NCBI GenBank assembly: GCA_965248265.1
Contig: CBDFJF010000001.1
Span: 1,408,001 to 1,472,000 of the forward strand
Direction: 5' to 3'
DNA from: Candidatus Latescibacterota bacterium
GTDB lineage: Bacteria; Latescibacterota; UBA2968; UBA8231
DNA length: 64,000 nt
The notes beneath the pieces are model-generated. The model did no database searches. It was not told the DNA's origin and saw only the letters and a list, made by a program, of their open reading frames with translations. Numbering within the stretch: position 1 is the first letter of the stretch; the number at the start of each line of letters is the position of its first letter. Shown here piece after piece: positions 56,561 to 64,000 of the stretch. The position numbers and the translations under genes are program-made.

Positions 56561-56991
56561 CGAGGCTTTGCCGACGAGGGTTTCCTCTCTTCAATCCGTT
56601 TCCCATGTTTCTCTCTTTCCTGTTGTGGCCGGTCCGGGCCCAAGCCGAAGGGTGCTGGGAACGGGCTGACAAGCGTCCATTCGACCGACTCGCCGGCCCT
56701 GATCCACCCCCGATCCACTACCTCATCTCACGCTGCATCCATCCCGCCGCTCACAACCCATCTCGACACCATCCCGCCGCCGACCTAGACTAATCATAAT
56801 TGTGCCCGTTTTATAATCACTACCATTGGCCAGGTGGCACGTTTCACCGCGCCACCACACCAGCTATCAGGACAAGAGCACATTCGATCGCGAGTTCTAC
56901 CTCGTCCGCGGCGAGGACCCGCACAATCGCGGACTGAAAAGAAACCCGGATGAATGAGCGCATGGCCGCAGTCGCCACGGAGGAGTAACGG

Positions 56992-59043
56992 ATGAGCATG
57001 CGTCTTCAGGGCAGGGTGACCTGCACGGAAACGGGCCGCGATCTCGCGGATGTACTGGTGTCCAATGGCGAGCAGGTGGTGAAAACGGGCGCGGATGGTT
57101 CCTACCATATCGCGGTCGAGGTGGGCGTGCATCGGTTCATTTGGGTCTGCTCCCCGGCCGGCTACCGCGCCGCTGACTTCTACAGTCGGATACCTGCCCA
57201 CGGCAGCGACGTCGATTTTGGTCTGACGCCGGCGCCAGAGCGCGTGGCTGGCTCGTTCCGGTTCGTCCAGATCACCGATTCCCACGTGGGCAAGGACTCG
57301 TCTCCCCACGGAGTCTACCGGGATGCCATCCACGATGTGGTCGCGCAAGTCGACCCCGCCTTCATCATCCACAGTGGTGACCTTACCAACCGCGGCACGA
57401 TCGCCGAGTTCGAGAGCTACCAGCTCGCCATTCGCGGCATCCAGACACCGATATTCTCCCTCTTCGGCAACCATGACGGCGTCACTAACCGCGCCGACGC
57501 CGATGGGGCCGACGTCACCCACACCACGAATTTCAACGAGGTGCTTGGTCCGGCCTACTTCAGTTTCGACTGGGGACCACTCCATTTCTGTCTCTACGCC
57601 GACTTCGACCTGTTCTTCTCCACGGCGGACCAGCAGAGACGCCGCGACTGGCTGCGCGCCGATCTTGAGGCGCAACCAGCCGGCCGCGCTACCGTCCTCG
57701 CGATTCACAAACCGGCGCCGGATGAGTTCATCGCCGACATGAACCGGCTCGGCGTGGCCGCCGTTCTCTGCGGGCACCTGCACGCGAACAAGGCCTACGA
57801 CCATGAAGGCACGACCGTGCTGACGACCTCGACCTTCTGTTTTGGCGGCATCGACTCGTCGCCACGCAGCTACCGCGTCCTCCATGTTGACGGCCAGACC
57901 ATCGTCAGCGACCTGCGGGCCCTCCAGGCACCGCGACTGAAACCGTGTACCCCCGAGGGTGTGCGCGTTGGTGAGTACCGACTCGAACGCGTGTGGAGCA
58001 CGACGTTGGCCGGAAATCTTCATCGGGCATCCCCCGTCGCCCACGACAACCGGCTCTTCGTCAGCCAGCGCGACGAGGATCTGACAGGGGGTCCGGGCGT
58101 AACTTGCCTCGACGCTGTCACCGGCGCACGCCAGTGGGAGACCGTCACGGAAAGCGCCGTCAAGAACCGGGTCGCCGTGGGGGGGGACGGCCATTGTGCC
58201 GCGCTGGGCGTCTCGGGATGTCTGTTCCTGCTCGACACCGACAGCGGCCAGGTTCGTTGGAGGCGCGATCTTCCACGGTTTCCGCAGCGCTGGCTCTTCG
58301 GCTCTCCAGTCGTCGATCAGGGACACGTATACTGCGGTGGCCGAGGAGGCTACGGGGCATGGCGCATCGACACCGGCGATGTCGCCTGGTACACGGAGCT
58401 GGATACGACCGACATCTACGCGTGCTATGCGATCCCCGTACTCACCGAGCACCTGCTCATCAACGTCGTGCAGGGCAATGGCGGTGCGGTGGCGCTCAGG
58501 CGGGGCACGGGGGAAATCGCCTGGCGCCGCGAGGAACAGGGTGGAGTCCACTACATGGCCGCCGGCCCCGTGCTGATGAACGGAAACCGCGTGATTCTGC
58601 CAGGCGCACAGAACATGCTTTTGTGTCTGCGGGCGGATACCGGCGAGGAGATCTGGCGGTCAGCGTTCGACAATGGTGTAGCAACCGGTCTGACTGGCGC
58701 TGGCGATCGTATCCTGGTAAGCACCGAAGCGGACGGAGCCCAGTGCATCGATGCGGACAGCGGCGAACCCATGTGGCGTTTCGATCCTGGACCTGATCTG
58801 ATGGATGCGACGCCCATGCACAGAGGCGATGCGACGTTGCTGGCGGCCCCGGTTTGCTGGGAAAGCTACGCGCTGATCGGCGGCAACGACGGCGTGCTGT
58901 ATTTCCTGGACGCCTCCTCCGGTGAGTGCGCGGCGCAGCTGTTTGTCGGCGCGCCAATCACGGCCGCCCCCTGCGTGCTGGCCGACGGCCTGTGCGTGGC
59001 CACCTGGGATGGCCGACTGATACGCTACGGCGTTGTGGACTGA
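56992..59043 (+). CDS. Calcineurin-like metallophosphoesterase fused to PQQ-like beta-propeller
   Basis: GGAGG RBS; MetallophosN-like VSNG..TGADGSY; TDSH, GDL, GNHD, GHLH; LDAVTG..W repeats. Confidence 0.88.
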   Translation: MSMRLQGRVTCTETGRDLADVLVSNGEQVVKTGADGSYHIAVEVGVHRFIWVCSPAGYRAADFYSRIPAHGSDVDFGLTPAPERVAGSFRFVQITDSHVGKDSSPHGVYRDAIHDVVAQVDPAFIIHSGDLTNRGTIAEFESYQLAIRGIQTPIFSLFGNHDGVTNRADADGADVTHTTNFNEVLGPAYFSFDWGPLHFCLYADFDLFFSTADQQRRRDWLRADLEAQPAGRATVLAIHKPAPDEFIADMNRLGVAAVLCGHLHANKAYDHEGTTVLTTSTFCFGGIDSSPRSYRVLHVDGQTIVSDLRALQAPRLKPCTPEGVRVGEYRLERVWSTTLAGNLHRASPVAHDNRLFVSQRDEDLTGGPGVTCLDAVTGARQWETVTESAVKNRVAVGGDGHCAALGVSGCLFLLDTDSGQVRWRRDLPRFPQRWLFGSPVVDQGHVYCGGRGGYGAWRIDTGDVAWYTELDTTDIYACYAIPVLTEHLLINVVQGNGGAVALRRGTGEIAWRREEQGGVHYMAAGPVLMNGNRVILPGAQNMLLCLRADTGEEIWRSAFDNGVATGLTGAGDRILVSTEADGAQCIDADSGEPMWRFDPGPDLMDATPMHRGDATLLAAPVCWESYALIGGNDGVLYFLDASSGECAAQLFVGAPITAAPCVLADGLCVATWDGRLIRYGVVD

Positions 59044-59049
59044 TGGCTC

Positions 59050-59199
59050 TCACGGCTGGTTCGCCACCATCATCTCACTGATGCGCGTCACCAATGTGTA
59101 CCCCAGCGTCGTTACCGCAGCAATGGCAATGGCCAGCAACACCAGAATGAGCTGCTCACGCCTGGGTCGTTTCGGGGGTGGCGTTGGTTCTCCAAACAT
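59050..59199 (-). CDS. Small (49 aa) single-TM protein
   Basis: MFGEPTPPPKRPRREQLILVLLAIAIAAVTTLGY: basic patch then hydrophobic helix; GAAGG upstream; fills an intergenic gap. Confidence 0.45.
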   Translation of the reverse strand: MFGEPTPPPKRPRREQLILVLLAIAIAAVTTLGYTLVTRISEMMVANQP

Positions 59200-59380
59200 G
59201 ACCTTCAGCTCCGGGTTGACTCCGCGGTAGCGGCTCGACACGACTATCGCGTTGTGTGCCCTTGTCGGCAATAGCGCGGACCTTTCGCTTGACTATCCCA
59301 CCGATAACGTCGTTCATGTCTCGTGGCTGATGCAACAGGTTCCCCAACTGAATTGTCGTCCTCACTGAATCGGAGTCTCG

Positions 59381-60208
59381 ATGCCCAAGTCAGGAGAAAA
59401 ACCCAGCGCCCATCTCTACCCGGAAGGGGGACCGGGGCGGCAGTTGAAGGGGCGGTTGAAAGCGGGCGAGGTGTTGGTGGGGGGGATCATCTTCGAATAC
59501 ACGCGCCCGCCGCTCGTCAGATTTTACCAGCAGGCCGGTTTCGATTTCATCTACATCGAGTATGAGCACATGTTCATGGACCCGTCATCGCTCGTGGATA
59601 CGGTTCAGTGCGCTCGCGACAATGGGCTGCCCGTCATCGCCAAGCCACCGACGTTGGACCAGGCCGAGGTGGCCAAACTCATGGAATGTGGCGTCGTCGG
59701 CCTGCAGTTGCCGCGCACCGGGTCGAGGGAGGAGATAGCCACGCTTATCGATTGGGCGCGGTACACCCCGCTCGGCCACCGCTCCATGGCTTCCGGGTAC
59801 GGTAACAGCGACTACGTGCGGCCCGATGACAAACGCGCCTGGATGGATGAGCAGAATCAAGAGATAACGGTCGTGGCCATGATCGAGACACGGCTGGGAT
59901 ACCAGAACGCGGAGGAGATCATCAGCACACCCGGCGTCGACATGCTCTACGTCGGACCTGGCGATTTCTCGGTGGAGATGGGCCAACCCGGCAATGCCGA
60001 GCACCCCGACGTCAGGGGGCCTGCAGAGGAAATCCTGCAGATCTGCAAGAAGTACGGCGTCCCCTTCGGGACCACGGCAGCCACTCTGGAGGCAGCCAAA
60101 CGCTACGTCGACATGGGCGCCCAGTTTTTCCTGACGGAGGATGAACGCACATTCATCACCACGGGCGCAGCTAGATTGGTCGAAGATTATCGCGGGATAC
60201 TGGCCTGA
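59381..60208 (+). CDS. HpcH/HpaI aldolase family protein
   Basis: AGFDFIYIEYEH, PLGHRS, AMIET, DMLYVGPGDFS. Confidence 0.88.
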   Translation: MPKSGEKPSAHLYPEGGPGRQLKGRLKAGEVLVGGIIFEYTRPPLVRFYQQAGFDFIYIEYEHMFMDPSSLVDTVQCARDNGLPVIAKPPTLDQAEVAKLMECGVVGLQLPRTGSREEIATLIDWARYTPLGHRSMASGYGNSDYVRPDDKRAWMDEQNQEITVVAMIETRLGYQNAEEIISTPGVDMLYVGPGDFSVEMGQPGNAEHPDVRGPAEEILQICKKYGVPFGTTAATLEAAKRYVDMGAQFFLTEDERTFITTGAARLVEDYRGILA

Positions 60209-60237
60209 AGACCAGGACTCCGGCGAGCTTGATTAGC

Positions 60238-61590
60238 TCAATCTATTCTGAAGAACGTTCCCGCGATGTGGCGGACGATCTGGACTTCCTCTATCGGTTC
60301 GTCCTGCTCCTTGGCGCAGAACCAATAGGCCACGAAGATTCGACCGTCCGGTAGCTCCGTCGGCATCTGGTAGCCCAGGTCGTAGCTGTAGCCATCGCCA
60401 CGCACGACGAACTCCTCGCTCCACGTCTCGCCCAGATCCTCGCTGATGACGCCGAGGATCCCGCGGCTGCCCAGGTTGGCGGTACGCCGGGCAAAGAGCA
60501 CGAGAATGCGACCGTCCCGCAGCACCAGGGCCGAGGGACACCGCCATCGATTGGCGAGCGCCACATCGTTCAACGGGCGCTCCGGCTCTGGATCGGCCAT
60601 GTTCCCGAATTGATTCCCCGGGCTGGTGAAGAAGCGGGGTGGTGACCAGGTCATGCCGTCGTCGTCGGAAAAGGCGACGCAGGGCATTTCCGGAGGGATC
60701 TGGTACATACAGCACATCAGGCGTCCGTCGGGCAGCCGATGCACGCCGCCGTAGGTGTAGCCGTATTTGTCGACACCCGGTGCGTTACGGATGAGGTGGG
60801 GGCTGACGCGGACCACTTCGCTGCAGTACTCCCACGAGATGCCGTTGTCGTAGCTGACATAGTAGCACAGGGCGTGGCGCCAGTAGATGGCACCGACGAT
60901 ACCCAGGACACCGTTGTCGAAGCGGACATGACCCAGATTGACTCCCAACCACCCACCGTCAGGGGCCCAGACCGGGTGGTCGATCGCGGTGGCGTGTTGT
61001 TCCCAGGTGCGCCCCCGGTCCCTGCTGCGCAGACTGAATGACGGCGGGTGTTTCCGGTGACCCAGGTCAAAACCGCCGTCCGAGCCGATCGTACCGATAG
61101 GCGGTTTCAGATAGACCCCGTGGCAGAAGTGGATGATCGAGTCCGTCTCGCCCAGATCGATCTCTTCGCGCTCGGCACGGGGTCTGGGCCGCAACCAGTC
61201 GAGAATCTCGTCGGTCGTGCGATCGTTGTTCCAGATCCACTGACGCTCCTCGTCCGGCCAGGTCTCGCCGTTGTCGAAGGAACGGCTGATGATGCAGCCC
61301 GATTCACTTCCCCAACGCTCGTGCCGACTCCACATGCTGCGGGGGCCGCCGCAGTGCCGGCTCCAGCGCTGGTTGGGACCGTCCTTCATAACGCTGTAGT
61401 CCATGGGCACGGCCAAGTAGGCCACGGCGATCTCGCCATCGCCGAAATTCCAAATGCCGCCTCGGTTGGTGGCATACAGGTACATGTTTTCATCGCGATG
61501 GACGATCATGTGGCGCACATCCTCGAGCGCCACTCTGCGCACGCCCACGGTTCGCTTCGGCGAATCTCCTCTCATGACTCGTTCTCCCAC
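60238..61590 (-). CDS. Sialidase-family (BNR/Asp-box) protein
   Basis: SFDNGETW, SRDRGRTW, SYDNGISW, SDDDGMTW, SEDLGETW, DLGY. Confidence 0.82.
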   Translation of the reverse strand: MGERVMRGDSPKRTVGVRRVALEDVRHMIVHRDENMYLYATNRGGIWNFGDGEIAVAYLAVPMDYSVMKDGPNQRWSRHCGGPRSMWSRHERWGSESGCIISRSFDNGETWPDEERQWIWNNDRTTDEILDWLRPRPRAEREEIDLGETDSIIHFCHGVYLKPPIGTIGSDGGFDLGHRKHPPSFSLRSRDRGRTWEQHATAIDHPVWAPDGGWLGVNLGHVRFDNGVLGIVGAIYWRHALCYYVSYDNGISWEYCSEVVRVSPHLIRNAPGVDKYGYTYGGVHRLPDGRLMCCMYQIPPEMPCVAFSDDDGMTWSPPRFFTSPGNQFGNMADPEPERPLNDVALANRWRCPSALVLRDGRILVLFARRTANLGSRGILGVISEDLGETWSEEFVVRGDGYSYDLGYQMPTELPDGRIFVAYWFCAKEQDEPIEEVQIVRHIAGTFFRID

Positions 61591-61597
61591 GGATCAG

Positions 61598-62623
61598 TCA
61601 GTCCTGCCACAACACGACTCCCATGTGATAGCGCTGGTGCGTGGCTATGCGCTGGCAGTAGTACGCGGTGATGATGGTGCCGTCCGCCAACTGTACGCTG
61701 GAGGGGTACCCACCGTCCACTCCGCCCGGACTGGCGTTGGCGCGGTTGACGGTCGTGTTGAAGAGAACCCGCGGGGCATCCCAACTCAAACCCTCGTCCC
61801 TACTCACGCGAGCGCACACGCCGAGCATGCCCCTGTTGCGCACACCGTAGGTCAGCAGGATCGCCCCGTCCTGCAACGCACACAGGTGCGCCGGCATCTG
61901 CAGCGCCAGCGTGACCGGCCCACGATTTGTCCAGGTCTGCCCGCAGTCGTCGGAGGCGAACATGAAGGTCTCTCCACCCCCGGTTGATCTGGCGGCAGCC
62001 AGAATCTTGTCATCTCCCAGGTAGAGTAGATCGGTCTCGTTGTACCTGTCCGCCCCGATCAACCGCGCATCCCCCCAACTGCGACCATCGTCCTCGCTGA
62101 AATAGATCCAGGCGCTGTCCCTGCCGCCTTCCTCCATGGAGTAGCAGGACACACCCAGGCGCCCTTGTGGGAGCTTGACCACATCGCCAAAGGGAATGGC
62201 ACCGGAGATGTTCGCGGGCACGGTCACACTCGGCGTGCAGGACCAGGTCCTGCAACCATCCTCCGAGAGACAGACCATCGACTCCTGGTCCCCCTGCTCT
62301 TCGGGCGTCAGCGGTCGATTCAGGCGTTCGCCTCTGGGCGCGGCGAATTTGCGGCCAGCACAAAGAACCACGAACGCATTCGCGTGGGTCAGGCCGGCGG
62401 CCAGATCTCCCCGGCACGTTCCGGGCTCGTGGTGGACAGGAACGGACAGAAAGGACCAGAGCCTGCCCCCATCGTGGCTGATCCAACATTCGGAGGACCC
62501 TTCCCACAGCTGGTGGCACGGTTCGCCGAAAATGGTCGCCACGATGCTGCCGTCGGACAGCAAGGTGAGATTGGGCCAGGCGCACTTGTTGTCGATGGCG
62601 ATGTAGCGTTCGAGATTTTCCAT
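61598..62623 (-). CDS. Sialidase-family (BNR/Asp-box) protein
   Basis: SHDGGRLW, SEDGCRTW, SEDDGRSW, SDDCGQTW, SRDEGLSW, DGGYPSSV. Confidence 0.85.
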   Translation of the reverse strand: MENLERYIAIDNKCAWPNLTLLSDGSIVATIFGEPCHQLWEGSSECWISHDGGRLWSFLSVPVHHEPGTCRGDLAAGLTHANAFVVLCAGRKFAAPRGERLNRPLTPEEQGDQESMVCLSEDGCRTWSCTPSVTVPANISGAIPFGDVVKLPQGRLGVSCYSMEEGGRDSAWIYFSEDDGRSWGDARLIGADRYNETDLLYLGDDKILAAARSTGGGETFMFASDDCGQTWTNRGPVTLALQMPAHLCALQDGAILLTYGVRNRGMLGVCARVSRDEGLSWDAPRVLFNTTVNRANASPGGVDGGYPSSVQLADGTIITAYYCQRIATHQRYHMGVVLWQD

Positions 62624-62647
62624 CCGATGTCTCGATTTAGTTGCAAG

Positions 62648-64000
62648 TCAATATTGGCTGTCCTTGTTGGTAAGCGGACACCACCTCGCCGTATTGAGAT
62701 GCCTGATCAACGTATCGGTAGCGTCCTCCGTGCCGATGCGCTGCAACGCCAGCGCCGCCTTCGCCCGCACGTAGCGACTCTCGTGGCGCAGGTACCGGGC
62801 AAGTCTCGGCGCGGCCTCGGCCGCCTGAGCCCCCAGCTTCGCCAGTGCCAGTAGAGAGTCGCGGACCACCCAGTCCTCAGAATCGTCGAGCGCGTCGATG
62901 AGTGACGGGACCGCGGTCGCCGCCGCGTCACCGACGTTGCCGAGTGCGCGGGCGGCGTACATGCGTACATCGCCGTTCTCGTCCTTGAGTGCGGTCTGCA
63001 GGGTTCCGGTCGCCGGTGCCGCAGGGCGGCCCATGTCGCCCAGGGCATCTACGGCGACAGCTCTGGTCTCGACGCGCGCAGCGCCGGCCGCTTCCTCGAG
63101 CGCCGGCACTGCGGCCCGGCCGATTGCCGCGAGACTGTAACCGGAGTTGCGCCGCAAATCCTCGTCGTCGGACGACAACCGCGTGATCAGCTCAGGTACC
63201 GCTCGTGCGCCCATGCCAGCCAGCGAATAAGCGGCCTGAAAGGAGGTGGTCTCATTGGCATCTTCGAGTCGTCCCATCAGTTCCGCGACGTCGCCGTCAC
63301 CCTCCCCATCAGAGCCGTTGCCAGTGCCGCCGGCACTCCACTCCCACATGGTTTTCCACATGCCATTGCGGCGGTCGTCTGCATCCTGCCAGTTGAGGTC
63401 GTCACAATCCCAGGCCGGTGCGACAGGTTCCTCCAAGCGCGTAAAGAGGAACTTGTACATGAAGCGCTGCCCGTTGCCGATTTTCTCGGATCGGCGATGC
63501 CACAGATCGTAGTGAACGACAGTGACGGAGCCGGCAGCTCCGCAAAAAGGCGTCTCTTCCCCCACCTCGGCGTCCGGCTCGTGGTTGTAGTACTGGGACC
63601 CCGGGAACACGTTGGTGGGGCCGAGCTCGACGTTCGTTTTCTGCGGATAGTAGAAAATCTGGCAGCGGCGGGTACGGTGACCCTCGTTGCGACCGTCTTT
63701 GTGCAGGGGCGATTGCGCTTCGGCGCCAACCGGGCGGCGGTGACAATAACGGTTCGCGTTCAGCACGTACCCGGGCCCCAGAACGCTGCTGAGCGTGCCC
63801 GCGACCTTGGGATGGTCCAAGACCTCCTGCAGCTCCGGAATAACCGCCATGATGTTGTTTCCCGGATTGCCCGCCGTTTCCATCACATGCTCCGTCCGCT
63901 CAAAGACGGTCTCGTGAAAACCGGCGGGCATGTCGGCATCGAGCGTGATGAAACCCCTGCGGATAAACTCCCGCATGCTCTCGTCGCTCAACAGTTCCTG
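62648..64000 (-). CDS. PhyH-family dioxygenase fused to HEAT repeats (5' end probably outside window)
   Basis: LHKDG, GPTNVFPGS, DLWHRR; HEAT repeats (VRMYAARALG); frame open to the window edge. Confidence 0.85.
   Translation of the reverse strand, partial: QELLSDESMREFIRRGFITLDADMPAGFHETVFERTEHVMETAGNPGNNIMAVIPELQEVLDHPKVAGTLSSVLGPGYVLNANRYCHRRPVGAEAQSPLHKDGRNEGHRTRRCQIFYYPQKTNVELGPTNVFPGSQYYNHEPDAEVGEETPFCGAAGSVTVVHYDLWHRRSEKIGNGQRFMYKFLFTRLEEPVAPAWDCDDLNWQDADDRRNGMWKTMWEWSAGGTGNGSDGEGDGDVAELMGRLEDANETTSFQAAYSLAGMGARAVPELITRLSSDDEDLRRNSGYSLAAIGRAAVPALEEAAGAARVETRAVAVDALGDMGRPAAPATGTLQTALKDENGDVRMYAARALGNVGDAAATAVPSLIDALDDSEDWVVRDSLLALAKLGAQAAEAAPRLARYLRHESRYVRAKAALALQRIGTEDATDTLIRHLNTARWCPLTNKDSQY

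Overview
GC-rich, gene-dense bacterial window with about 40 CDS. I found no rRNA, tRNA or CRISPR array. The gene inventory includes FlgD-Ig/CHU_C-tailed secreted proteins, a C-terminal TWARIK motif, a DUF6785-like transporter, ASPIC/UnbV proteins and many BNR, Gfo/Idh/MocA, PhyH and HpcH enzymes. That mix resembles Latescibacterota/Poribacteria-type genomes (inference). Main contents: (1) an intact IS630 element with TIRs, TA duplication and a -1 frameshift; (2) a hydrogen-cyanide-synthase-like pair (fused hcnAB + hcnC) beside an MFS gene and a compositionally distinct ASPIC gene; (3) a ~16 kb locus of two convergent operons encoding three homologous large secreted FlgD-Ig/PNGDG-tailed proteins, an 893-aa putative outer-membrane protein, a CBM9/DOMON-like secreted protein and a GT-C/TPR protein, plus a divergent DUF6785-like transporter, which is my best candidate for an undescribed envelope system; (4) three mosaic paralogues of an Asp-box propeller protein; (5) a carbohydrate-catabolic operon with an atypical GH42-like enzyme; (6) an Amt-PAS-histidine kinase-REC sensor upstream of glpK and a fused GlpA-like/NADH-oxidase gene. 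Product calls come from motif recognition only; no database searches were run.
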